Part shown: positions 37,030-49,400 of the stretch, piece by piece | Layout of the letters: the number at the start of each line of letters is the position of its first letter | How positions within the stretch are numbered: position 1 is the stretch's first letter | Assembly (NCBI RefSeq): GCF_001194135.2 | Contig: NC_068999.1 | Location: forward strand, 28,927,342 to 28,978,362 | Length of the DNA: 51,021 bases | DNA from: Octopus bimaculoides | Lineage: Eukaryota | Direction of reading: 5' to 3' | Translations under genes and position numbers: made by a program | The notes under the pieces: model-generated | Databases searched by the model: none | Told to the model about the DNA's origin: nothing | What the model saw: only the letters and a program-made list of their open reading frames with translations

Positions 37030-39600
37030 CAATCCTCGCCTCTGTAATCTATTGTAAAATTTACTTATGTAAATGGCAGCCCCACGATTGGCCATGAATG
37101 GGGAGTCAAAAATCAATCAAACCCAGTAATCAATATGGAAATGAATATAGCTACTCCTTTGAATGCTGAATGAATTGCAAACAACAATGGATGCAAGCTG
37201 TGCCATAGGACTTTGCTACTAAGAAACACTTAAAGATACATCAGGGAAAGACTTGTAAGAAGAGGACAGAGCAGTGTAGGTCTGATCATTAAATGCTACA
37301 GCAAAGAGCTCTTCCCAACTGGAAACTGCAAGTTATGAGACTGATGCATCAGATAGTGCTCATTAAAAACGGAGGGTTCTGTGGCCTGTTGCTACTGAAA
37401 AAGTAAGATATAAGGAGTTTGAGATAAAGGTATGTAAAGCTTTATAAAAAAAATGACAGGATCCATATGGTACCGGATTGGCAAAAGGAAAGAGTGGATC
37501 AAGCAAGAGGAACAGGAAAATGAAACAATTGAGGATGGAAAAGAACAGCCTAAGAAAGCAATGGGAATGTGCAGAGGAAGACAGAACACCTTGCCTCGTG
37601 CAGCTGTTTGAGGATTTAAAAAGAAAATGCTGTTTTGTGCAATGAAATATCAGATATGAGTGATGAAAAGAAAGCAAAAGGACTCGTGAACAGTTTCTGA
37701 AGAACTAATATAAGGTATGAAGAAGCTGTTCACTGAACCAAACAGCGACACTTTATCGTGCACAAAAGGAGAACTGGATGCTCATATCAAAGAAACCTAC
37801 AGCAACCTGAATTGCAACAAGTCACTGCCACCTATTAATGGAATAAAGCATCTCTTAGAACCTGATGTCGAATTTCAAAATGGAGACATCAGGGAGAAAG
37901 AGGTGAATGAATTTGCGAAGAAAGTCGGAGCAAAGAGTTCCTTAAGAGGTGATGGTGTGTAAGTATTGCAATTATTTACAAAAGAAGCCTTTTGTTCTGC
38001 TCCAACAGCTTTGGTGTGAAGAAACTTTAGTAGAGGATTGGTGGAAGGTGGAAGGCATATACATGCCAAAGGAAGCCAATGCAGAGACTATAAAACAGTT
38101 TTAGCTGGTATCCTTATTGAATGTGAATGGCAAGATCTTTATGGGCATTTTCTCAAGAAGAACAGTGACATACCTACAGAATAATGGATATGTGGATGAA
38201 TCTGTTCAAAAGGCTGGAATCCCTGGATGTGATGAGCATTGTTTTTCGATTTGGAAAGCAATCCAAGATGCCAAACAACACGTTTGAATGTGGTATGGCT
38301 TGATCTAGCTAAAGCATATGGCTTGGTGCCACACAAATTGCTGATGAGAGCTATGGACCACTTCCACATTCCAGAGAAAGTAACAAAATTAATGAGGATA
38401 TATATGACAGTTTCAAGACGAAGTTTACAGCTGGTAGCTTTACAACAGACTGGCACTGCTTGGAGATTGGCATTGTTGCTGGCTGTGCAATATGTCATGT
38501 GGTTTATCCTAGTCATGGAGATGATTTTGAACTGACACTTCTGTCAATGGAAGAAGCAAATCATGCAGAGTGCTCTCTTGAAGCTAGACAAACTGATTAT
38601 GTGGTTGAGGATGTGATTCAAGCAAAAAAAGTCATAGTCTGATATCTATTAGGGGAGTACAAATAAAAGAAAATTTACAATTGCAGGAGAATGCATTCCA
38701 ACAGTCAAGGAAGAACCCGTTTAGAGATTAGGGTGTGTATACACTGGAACATTGTCAGATAGGAGTCACAGGATGCAGATCATGAAACAAGCAGAGGATG
38801 GACTTACAGCAACTGATGATTCAAAACTACCAGGGAAGTATAAAATATGGCGCCTGCAGTTTGTTTAATATCTGTGCCTTTCATGGCTACTTTTAATATA
38901 CGAGGTGGCACTGCCACGGCTTCTAATCATTGAGCAAAAGTACAATGTGTTCAGTAGAAAGTAGCTAGGCCTACCTTGGATATTGAACAGCTCTACTCTT
39001 TATTGTAAAAGAGGCTCATTGCAGTTACCACTAATATCAATAATCGAAATTTATAAAGTAGGAAAGGTACAAATGGTGATGATGCTAAGAAAGTCAAAAG
39101 ACATAGAAATCAGGCATAATCAACCTGATGTAAAAACAGCCAGGAAGTGGAAAGCAGAAGCAGAGACAGAGATATGGTGGGTGCCATGTAAATTGATTGG
39201 AAGGGAATTGGATCTGGCACAGATCTGTTGTTAGCAACAATGTCAAAGTAAAGGAAACAGAGAAGAGAGCTTCATTTGATTCAATGCTCTCAATAAGGAC
39301 AAACAACAAGATGGGAGGAACACATAGTTGAGAGAAAAATAAGTTGAAATGAAATATGGAAGTAGACTATATCACATTTGAGTTTTCTGATTCTTTCATC
39401 TAACAATACCTTGCCTTCGTCTAAAATCTAGTAAGATGAAGCGTATCAGAGAATGATAAATGCAAGTGCGGAAAAGTTGGAATATAGACTATGCTCTTTT
39501 TGAAAACTTCAAACTATAGTTAATTTCATTAAATACACCATCATGTCTTTGAGCTCTTGCAAATGTCATAGGAATACCATTGTGGCATATGGCATTTAAA
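37030..39600 (+). mobile_element. Decayed R2-superfamily (HERO/NeSL-like) non-LTR retrotransposon
   Basis: Frameshifted N-terminal finger CKLC..HLKIHQGKTC (37192-37257); AKSSLRGDGV; RT motif VVWLDLAKAYGLVPHKL; NSSTLYCKRGSLQLP; CKCGK knuckle remnant near 39460. Confidence 0.75.
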
Positions 39601-40607
39601 ACCTGATATAACTCATCCCCCTTTAACTCTAGCCATAGATAATTTCTTCTCCAGAAAACTGACCTTGATGGGATTTAAACAAGTGCAAGAGAGCAACAAT
39701 AGAAACTGCAAGGCATCTATCCAATGCTCTAACAACTCTACCAATTTGCAGCCATAGCTTGTTATGAATATTTTCTAAAAAAATTTACATATGTGTATTC
39801 ACAGGTCTTCTGATCAGAAAATTAATCTCATGTTTGTATATTTGACCTTTGGTCATCTTCAGATGCTATATTTTTACATATAAAGAAACTCCACCTCATA
39901 GTGACTTATGATTTTAACAGAGATTAATAAATTAATGCTCAAACTCTTTTACTGGTACAGCCTTTCAGCTGTGAGATTATCTTAGAAATATAAAAATACA
40001 ATTGCATAGGCTTTATTTCAACAAATGTAAAGCTTACTGATGAAATTTCAGTCAACAAGAACTTTCATAATTATACAAGCATGGAAAGATGAAAAGAATA
40101 TTATATACTCTCTTACCAGAGGATATAAATATTAAGTATTTGTTGCTGATACTCTACTGAAATAACATTAAATTAAGTCAGAGTTCAGAAGGGTCACCAC
40201 TGGATAACAAATTTACATTTCTAATAAAAGTTATTTTATACCCCAATTAATGATCAATAGTATATTTTTATCAGCAAGAATACAAAGAGTGCCTGCAACT
40301 TAATGTAAAATAAGTATCAAAGGATTTCTTTTGGTTGTTTTGCTGCTTACAACTTTTTAGGTATAAACTGGCAAAAGATATACATGAATATACAATAGGC
40401 TTCTATAGTTTCTGTTTATCAAATTTCACTCATAAAGTATGGAGCAATTCAAGGCTATCGTAGAAAATACTTGCCAAATATGCCACACAGTAGTATCAAA
40501 CCCCAAACCACATAATTGCAAAGGGAACTGCCTCAGTACATAGACTCACATATCCAAATGAGATCCTATAATTAAGAAATTCTTTTATTTTTAGAATTTT
40601 CACATAT

Positions 40608-40815
40608 AGGTGCAGGTATGGCTGTGTGGTAGGAAGCTTGCTTTCCAACCACATGGTTTCAGTTCAGTCCCACATTGTATCACCTCATGCAAGTGTCTTC
40701 TGCTATAGGGCTGTGAACGGATTTGGTAGATGGAAACTGAAAGAAGCTTGTATATATGTGTGTGTCTTGGCAAATGAGACCAACAGAATAAGTATCAGGC
40801 TTAAAAAAAAAAAGT
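40608..40815 (+). mobile_element. tRNA-derived SINE, internally deleted
   Basis: ggtgcaggtatggctgtgtggtaggaagcttgctttccaaccacatggtttcagttcagtccc..ggatttggtagatggaaactgaaagaagc. Confidence 0.78.
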
Positions 40816-40893
40816 ACTGAGGTTAATAAGTAAAAGATATGCAGGAAAACTTAAAGGAAGAAAAACAAGCAATAAAACTGCTACATTACTCAC

Positions 40894-41025
40894 TTTTACA
40901 ATAGGTTCTTCTGTTGATTTATCTAAATAATGAGTTGCTCTTTCTGCTTCCTCATTAATTCGAGCCTCTACTTTTTTAATATATACAGATGCACTATTTT
41001 CAGCCAAAAACTTTTGACTCTCCAG
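40894..41025 (-). CDS. CUL3: Cullin-3 coding exon: [44 protein letters not shown]
   Basis: 132 nt, phase 0-0; acceptor tttttttcag, donor gtgagt. Confidence 0.97.
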
Positions 41026-41301
41026 CTGAAAAAAAAATTTTTTTTTTTAAATGAGATAAATACACAGACTCGCACATGAATATCAAATATATTTTGTCAA
41101 ATTCTACAGTGTGTTTTCAGAACCATTCTATATTGGGTGTGGAAAGAAATATGGATAAAAAAAAAAAAAACCAGAATAAAAGTACTTTCATTTTACTAAT
41201 GGATAACCCCTGATTATAAATATAGTTTCCAATATTTTACAAATCTGAGTTCAACAAAAGAATTGAAAGAACTTAGCAAATAGTTACAAGAAAAATCTTA
41301 C

Positions 41302-41416
41302 TTTATAAAATTCAGCTGACTGATCAAGGAATGGTATTTCAAAGTCTTCTTCATATACTGACCGAGACTCAATACCAAGGACCATAATCATCTGACAAGC
41401 ATTTCTAACAGCACTC
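41302..41416 (-). CDS. CUL3: Cullin-3 coding exon (human exon 5 equivalent): (R)[38 protein letters not shown]
   Basis: 115 nt, phase 2-0; acceptor cttctactttcag, donor gtaaga. Confidence 0.96.
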
Positions 41417-41547
41417 CTGAAAGTAGAAGGTTAATATACTTGACTTCATGTCATAGAGTAAAGGGACTAAAATGTTGGTATAATTTTCTATGAATTCTAT
41501 GCAAAATTGATATGGTAAAGATTCATCATAATCATTGTTTAACATTT

Positions 41548-42155
41548 TACATGCTGGCATGGGTTGGACGGTTGAGGTATGGAGAGCCAGCAGCTGCATC
41601 AGGCTCTAATCTGATCAGGTAATGTTTCTACAGCTGGATACCCTTCCTAATGCCAACCACTCCGAGAGTGTAGTTGGTGCTTTTTACATGTCACCAGCAG
41701 AAGAGCCAGTCAGGCGGGCTTGGCATCAATCACGTTTGGATAGTGCATTTTACATTTCCCCACCACAGGAGCCAGTCAGCCAGACCTGGCATTGACCACG
41801 TTCGGATGGTGCTTTTTATGTGCCACCAGCACAGGAAGCCAGTCAGGGCACACTGGCATCGACCACGATCGGATGATGCCTTTTATGTGCCACTGGAAGG
41901 GGGGCTAGTCATGGGGCACTGGCCACAGCTGCGATTTTGGTTTTACTTGACTCAACAGGTTTTCTCAAGCATATCATGTTGCCCAACACATCAAGAGTAC
42001 TCTTAAATGCGCTGGACACGCAACACTGGCATCGGCCATGGCTGCGATCTCACCTTAGTTGCCAAGTCTCCTCAATCAAAGCATATTTCCAAAGGTCTTG
42101 GTCTCCTGTCAGTGCCTGTGTAAGGCCCAATGTTCGAAGGTCATGCTTCGCCATC
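41548..42155 (-). mobile_element. RTE 3' end (ORF C-terminus remnant plus UTR)
   Basis: aggcccaatgttcgaaggtc..; tail motif cagctggatacccttcctaatgccaacc. Confidence 0.82.
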
Positions 42156-42159
42156 TCAT

Positions 42160-42497
42160 CCTTATATGAGGAGACCCCCTTCGGTCATGACTGACCATGG
42201 GATTGCACCTAGAAAGTTACCCTCTGAGGCACAAGTTCAGGCAAGGTTGTTTATGGAAGGCCAGCAGTAGCCCATGCACACCAGCCTCCCCACTCCACAC
42301 CACTGATGTTATCCAAGGGAAAGGCAAAGGCTGATACAGCTTGGCACCAGTGATGTTGCAACTCATTTCTACAGCTGAGTTAACTGGAGCAATGTGAAAT
42401 AAAGTGTCTTGCTCAAGAACACAACAACCAGCCCAGTCTGGGAATCGAACTCACAACGATAAGATCGACGCTCTAACCACTGAGACATGCACCTTCA
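42160..42497 (-). mobile_element. tRNA-derived SINE of a second family
   Basis: The minus strand begins ggtgcatgtctcagtggttagagcg..gtgagttcgattccc (A and B boxes), then ttcttgagcaagacacttt. Confidence 0.78.
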
Positions 42498-42550
42498 CAC
42501 ATCATCACAAACCCAAACTGCATCTCATCTAAACTGACTCTCTCCCTAAC

Positions 42551-42770
42551 TAGTATGAGATATGAAATAGAGAGTGAAGTGGAGGAATGAAAATAGATGT
42601 GAGATATACAGGGATATTGTATCCTCAGTTACATTATTTAGGCAGAATGGTACAGGAATTCTATATGCATACCATTCTGCCTAAATAATGAAAGTGAGGA
42701 TACAATATCCCTGTATATCTCATGTCTATTTTCATTCCTCTACTTCACTCTCTGTTTCATATCTTATCTA
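42551..42770. repeat. Fold-back element (near-perfect hairpin, arms about 100 nt)
   Basis: ..gagatatacagggatattgtatcctca..cattatttaggcagaatggta / taccattctgcctaaataatg..tgaggatacaatatccctgtatatctc.. Confidence 0.92.
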
Positions 42771-43085
42771 GAATAACTATTGCTTAACCATTTTCTCACA
42801 CCGTTTCCGATAAAGGGATATATAAAATATCCTGGAAACAGCTGTGAGACCCATTTATAAATGTTCTGAAATCTTTCACAGGCTTAGATTTTTATCTCAT
42901 TCTGTAAATTTTTATTTATTTATATATTTATTTATATATNNNNNNNNNNNNNNNNNNNNNNNNNNNNNNNNNNNNNNNNNNNNNNNNNNNNNNNNNNNNN
43001 NNNNNNNNNNCATGGTCTTTCTGACTTCCTCAGTCTGGGTGTTTCACATCACCACTCCTGTGTGTGCCTTTTCCCATTGGTACAT

Positions 43086-43648
43086 TTGATTTATAATTGA
43101 ATTTGATTTATAATTGAATTTGATTCCACAGCCCTCGTCTGTATCTCATGTCGGGCTGTCGGTTCATCTGGTATTGTGGAGAGGCGGATGTCTAATTCCT
43201 TTTTGAAGACATCTACTTCCACCTTATGCAAATTTCTTAATTTTTGTGGCAGGGCATTGAAAAGCTGTGGGTCTTTCAACCCTAGACTATTGCACTACCT
43301 GGTCCTGAATTTAGATGGAGTGGATGGTACATTTGGTACAATACAATGGCAGCCGGTTCTGGCATTTGTATAACACTCAATACCAAAGCTAGGTATTAGC
43401 CCTTCTAGGATTTCCCATATGTATATTATTGCGCACCTGTCACACCTTCGCTCAGCCTATCCCTATAGCTCATCCACTGCATTGTCTCAATCTTTTTAGT
43501 GTAGTGGCGTTGGACTGCTTCAAGCTCCGCTGTTAGTTTGGCACTATGTGGTGACCATAACTGGGAACAGTAGTCCAGGTGGCTAAGAACAAATGTTCTC
43601 CACAGGGTCAACATAATTTCTCGGTCTCTTGTCTTGAAGGCCCTCAGT
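43086..43648 (-). mobile_element. CR1-like LINE 3' part, a near-identical inverted sister of 3556-4103
   Basis: The same translated ORFs appear in the track (3839-4036 vs 43176-43373; 3379-3786 vs 43426-43614). Confidence 0.92.
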
Positions 43649-43654
43649 ATCCAA

Positions 43655-44700
43655 TAACAGATAATTTAGTTCATAATATATCAAGATTATCTAACCTATC
43701 GGCAAATAATTTGGTTTTTGAGGATGAGGCAAAGTTTTATAACTTTGCCTTGTCTGAAGCAGGGTATAAAGATAAGGTGTATTACATTAATCCAGATTCT
43801 GTTTCCTCACCTCAAAGGCAGATGTTAATTGCAGCAAAGTTAATTATAACATTAATACTAATAATAATAATATTAACTTAGTAAGAAAGATCAAAGGTGG
43901 ACCACAATGCCATGGTCGTGTATCTAACACTAACAAAGGTAGAGTAAAGTTTTTTTAAGAATAATAGTGTAAGTTATAATTCCAATAAAGAGGATAGTTT
44001 ATGGTTCGTCATTCCATATGGGAAACAAATTAAATCAGACTTAGTGACATTATACAGGAATGTAGTTAGTAAAAATTTTCTTAAAAATTTGCATCACTAT
44101 AAAGTTATTAATGTGCATAAGGTAGGATTTAGTTTTTCTAATACCAAAAATTTAACCCAAATTATCGCCACTCATAACTTAAAGCTATTCTATTCAAGAT
44201 TCTATTAGTATAAATATAGATAACAATCTTAATACTCCAAGAGACACTGTTATAGATAATCTTCAAGTAAATAAGGATAATAATAATAGTACCAATTTTA
44301 ATAATAACACCATTATAGTAATATCTGAAGTTAATCCTAAAAGAATTAGGTTCCTTAGTGCAAATGCAAAAACTAAGAATACTGTATATAGGTGTAATAT
44401 TTTAACTAAAAAGAGGATTTGGAGTTATATCGGGACATCTTCACTTGAAATCTCGAAAAGAATTTCCAATCATTACTCGACCTTTAGAGATAGGAATAAC
44501 CAAAATAGCACGGCGCTTAGTAGTTTAATTTGGCAATTGAAAGACCAGAAAAAAAGAGTACTCTCTGGAATGGTCAATTATAGGTAAGTCGTTTACGTAC
44601 GACAACGGTAAAGATTGCCGTTCATTATGTAACTTGGAGTTATTTTTCATACTTTTTTCCAAGGGTGACCTAATTAACAAAATTATATTTAAGGCTTTCA
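43655..44700 (+). mobile_element. Penelope-like element C-terminal part (thumb, Asn-rich linkers, GIY-YIG endonuclease), frameshifted
   Basis: RLSNLSAN..YNFALSEAGY; LWFVIPYGK; NTVYRCNILTKKRIWSYIG (44378-44434); KRISNH..STALSSLIWQLK..WSII..CRSLC. Confidence 0.8.
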
Positions 44701-45234
44701 GATGCTTGCATATGAATAGACATACATTTTCGTTCTATGAATAAGAATTATTAATATATTTTAGTTGGGTTAGGATTACTGCATAGCTTAACTTCACTTT
44801 AATTTGATTTTGCCTTAACCAAATACAGCAATATTATACTAAATGCGCTCAGATTTAATTTGATATAGTGTTATAATAGTGTGGGTTTTTTGCTCATAGT
44901 TGATTGTAGTTTCCCCTTTGTAAATGTGTTTTGTGTAGAAAATATTGTAAATTTCCTTAATTGCTGGTTATTTCCATATAATCCATCTATGATTTTTTAT
45001 TAGGTTATTGTAAATCTTAGGTCCAGTTTTTAAAGGGCTTATATCTGAATATAAATCAATTTAATTCATTTATCCATTTAATAACTTATATTCTATAATC
45101 TTATATTATTTTTATTGCGTATCCTTTATTGGCTTTTAGTAGATTATAAGCTTCGTTTTTTAATTTTCTATTTGAATTAACATCATATTGCAATATGATC
45201 TAACTTTTTCTGAAGAATTTTGTTTCCCTAATAA

Positions 45235-45327
45235 CACACATATATATATATGTGTATATATGTGTGTGTGTGTATATATATATATGTATATATATATATA
45301 TGTATGGATATGTGTCATATATATATA

Positions 45328-45358
<31 letters not shown>
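45235..45358. repeat. (TA)/(TG) microsatellite
   Basis: Dinucleotide tract. Confidence 0.95.
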
Positions 45359-45360
<2 letters not shown>

Positions 45361-45990
45361 TCATCATCATCGTTTAACGTCCGCTTTCCATGCTAGCATG
45401 GGTTGGGCGATTTGACTGAGGACTGGTGAAACCGGATGGCAACACCGGGCTCCAATCTAATTTGGCAGAGTTTTTACAGCTGAATGCCCTACCTAACGCC
45501 AACCACTCAGAGAGTGTAGTGGGTGCTTTTNNNNNNNNNNNNNNNNNNNNNNNNNNNNNNNNNNNNNNNNNNNNNNNNNNNNNNNNNNNNNNNNNNNNNN
45601 NNNNNNNNNNNNNNNNNNNNNNNNNNNNNNAAAATGGTGTATTTTATGTGCCACCCGCACAAAAGCCAGTCCAGGGGCACCGGCAACGCTCTCGCTCGAA
45701 AGTCCTTAGACATGCCGCAGCCACAAGTGTCAGAAAGGCGATGCTGGGCACAGGTGCCATCACAAATTCGCTTGCCCCAATAAGTCTTCGCAAGCTAAGT
45801 TTCATGTCCAATTTAACTTGATTTCGATTTCACTTGCCTCAACAGGTCTTCGCAAGTGGAGTTTAGTGTCTAATGAAGGAAGGTACGCCTAGATGTAGAT
45901 CTCACTTGGCTTGCTGGGTTTTCTCATGCACAGCATTTGACAGCGTATCTACAGCTGGATGCTCTTCATAAACGCCAACCACTCAGAGAG
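45357..45990 (-). mobile_element. RTE 3' UTR copy
   Basis: catcatcatcatcgtttaacgtccgctttccatgctagc tail. Confidence 0.85.
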
Positions 45991-46018
45991 TGTAATAATA
46001 CATATACATATATATATA

Positions 46019-46330
46019 GCTCTTTAACGCCCTGCCAAAACATTTGAGAGACCTGCAAGACATGGATATAGAGGTCTTCAAGATAAAACTCAACGCTTTC
46101 ATCTCCACGATACCAGACGAACCAATGGTTCGAAATGAGATACAGTTTAGGGCAGCGATGTCAAATTCTTTCATACACCAGATGTGCAATCAAAACTCTT
46201 GATTATATCAGGTGGAGGAGGAGAGCCATGCAAGGAACGTGAAGAGAGCACAGCATAAAGACGGAAAGTCACGGTGATGCTCCAGCATGACCACAGCCAC
46301 TTGGCTGAAACTCATAAATAAATAAATATA
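46019..46330 (+). mobile_element. CR1-like 3' end, same subfamily as 5939-6682
   Basis: Highly similar to 6361-6680. Confidence 0.88.
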
Positions 46331-46419
46331 TATATATATATGGATAAGGTAATTGAGGTAGTTAGAGCATGCGATAAAATACTTAAGATTAGATTAGTCC
46401 TTCACCATGGGTTAGCAAC

Positions 46420-49400
46420 CATTATCTCGGCCTATGCCCCTCAGCCTGGGCTACCTGACGGATAGAAAGACCAATTTTATGACTCCCTTCTGCAGAGTAC
46501 CTCATCGACGAATGACAGGGACCTTCTCTTTGTGGCTGGTGACNNNNNNNNNNTGCAGAGTACCTCATCGACGAATGACAGGGACCTTCTCTTTGTGGCT
46601 GGTGACTTCAATGGTCATGTTGCACAAAATTCAGGGGGCTTCTATGGCGTACATGGAGGCTATAGTTTTGGTTCCCGCAACGAGGAGGGAACCAGGCTGC
46701 TGGAGTTCTGTGATGCAAATAACCTTATGGTCTGCATTACTAACATCAGGAAGCTTGCCAGTCACCTAATCACCTACTGTTCGGGCAGACCCACTAGCCA
46801 AATTGACTATATCCTCACCAGGAAAAGGGAAAGATGTCTGCTTATAAATGCCAAAATCTTCCCAGGCGAAGAATGTAGCCCACAACATAGACTAGTAGTT
46901 AATGACTTCAGGATCAGGGCTAAGTGGTTGCCTAGAAGACGACCAGCTTGGAGGAGAAGGGTCTGGAAGCTCAAAGATCCTGCGAATGGACAGAGATTTT
47001 GAGACGTATTACATGAAGCCTTTGACGAAATAGAAGTTTCTACGGGACAACTTGCTGAGGGCCACTGACCAGATCTGTGGATGGTGCAAAGTCTCCTCTC
47101 GACCAAAAATAACGTGGTGGTGGCAATTAGGGAAAAGAAACAGGCCTGGAAGGACTGGAAGAACGGTGGTAGCAGGGAATTGTATCAGACTGCCAGAAGG
47201 GAAGCTAGGCGACAAGTTTATTTAGCCAGAGGGGAGGCAGATAAGAAAAAGTTTGCCAATGTAATGTGCCATGAGGAGCAAAGACTTGAGGTATTTCGTG
47301 TTGCAAGACAGTGTGTGATAGAATCGTGATGTTGTCGGAAAGAAATGCATTCGCATGGACTAAACGAGGCTGCAAAGAAAGAGGTTTGGAGACGCCACTA
47401 CGAAAGATTGCTCAATAAAGAGAATGAATAGGAGAAAGAGAGTCTGCCAAATGTCGACCCAACAGAGGGACCAGCTATCCGAGTTGACAGTACCATGGTA
47501 GATAAAGCAATTAAGAGTATGAAGACAGGGAAGGCCCCCCCGACCCATCAGGAATCACTGCAGAGATGCTCAAAATATCTGGCAGCGTTGGATATAGCCT
47601 AGTCACCCTTATTGTTAACCAGGTGATACACGAAGGAGTCACACCCAGTGACTGGTGTAGCAGCACCATAGTCAACTGCTACAAAGGTAAAGGTGACGCT
47701 TTAGATACAAATAATTGCAGGGGTATCAAGTTGTTAGATCAGGTAATGAAAGTCACGGAGAGGGTCATAGCCCAACTAATTAGGGAGAGATGAGATGCAG
47801 TTTGGGTTCGTGCCAGGGAAAAGCACCACTGATGCTATATTTCTGGTAAGACCGCTGCAGGAGAAACACCTAGCCAAAGATAAACTTCTGTACCTGTCTT
47901 TCATTGACATGTAGAAAGCCTTTGACAGGGTCTCCCGATCCCTTATCTGGTGGTCAATGAGGAAACTAGGGATAGATGAATGGTTAGTGAGAGCTATGCG
48001 AGCCATGTACAGAGACACTGTCTGTAAGGTGAGGGTTGGCAACGAGTACAGTGAAGAATTCCGGGTAGAGGTAGGGGTCCACCAAGGTTCAGTCCTCAGC
48101 CCCATACTATTTATCATAGTCCACCAGGCGATCACTGAGGAATTCAAGACAGGTTGCCCCTGGGAGCTCCTCTATGCTGATGACGTTGCACTAATTGGTG
48201 AGTCACTATCAGAACTAGAGGAGAAGTTTCAAGTGTGGAAGCAAGGACTAGAATCGAAGGGCTTTAGAGTCAAACTAACAAAAACCAAAGTCCTAATAAG
48301 TAGGAAGGTAGACAACACACAAACCCCTTCAGGTAGATGGCCCTGCTCAATCTGTAGAAGTGCAAGCTTTGGACACATAAGAGGTGCAGCAATATCAAAG
48401 GAAGGTTAACTAGGAAGTTAGTTTTTGTATGTAGCAGATGTTCAGGAGCTATAAACACTGTGAAAGTGCAGAAAACAACTTCTGCCACATTCCAGGGAGA
48501 AAAACTAGACGTAGTTGATAGCTTCTGCTATCTAGGTGACCAAGTTAGTAGTGGGGGAGGGTGCGTTGAAAGTGTAGCTGCTAGAATAAGAATAGCGTGG
48601 GCAAAGTCCAGAGAGCTCTTACCTCTGCTGATGACAAGGGGCCTCTCACTCAGAGTAAAAGGCAGACTGTATGACGCATGTGTACGAACAGCTATGCTTT
48701 ATGGCAGTGAAACATGGGCTGTGACTAATGAGGACATGCGTAGGCTCGCAAGGAATGAAGCCAGTATGCTCCGATGGATGTGTAATGTCAGTGTGCATAA
48801 TAGACAGAGTATCAGTACCTTGAAAGAAAAGTTGAACTTACGAAGCATCAGTTGTTGCGTGCAAGAGAGGCTATTGCGCTGGTATGGTCATGTAGCGAGA
48901 ATGGATGAGGATAGCTGTGTGAAAAAGTGCCACACCCTAGCAGTTGAGGGAACCTGTGGAAGAGGTAGGCCCAGGAAGACCTGGGATGAGGTGGTGAGGT
49001 ACGACCTTCGAACATTGGGCCTCACCGAGGCGATGACTTCTGACCGAGACCGTTGGAGACATGCTGTGCGTGAGAAGACCCGGGAAGCCAAATGAGACCT
49101 AAATCGAAGGCCTCAACCAGACCAGTCCACTTATGCATACCATCCTTCATTGGATACTAAACTCCACTTGCGAAGACCGGTTGAGGCAAGTGAAATCAAA
49201 ATCGAATTAAATTCGACGACTAGCACCCGTGCCAACATCGTCTCCTTCATTGGACACAAGACTCAGCTTGCGAAGACTTAATGGGGCAAGCGAAATTGAA
49301 ATTGTGATGGCACCTGTGCCCAGCCTCGCCTCTCTGTGTAAGGACTTTCAAGCAAGATCGTTGCCAGTGCCCCTAGACTGGCTCTTGTGTGGGTGGCACA

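Noticed and set aside
42430-42497. tRNA-like sequences (also near 27130, 39700 and 40610)
   Set aside because: SINE heads with A/B-box remnants followed by SINE bodies; no complete cloverleaf
43579-43881. 100-aa ORF that looks like a novel fusion
   Set aside because: Chance read-through from antisense CR1 sequence into the Penelope-like frame
46491-46606. 53-nt direct repeat
   Set aside because: The identical copies flank a 10-N gap, typical of unmerged contig overlap
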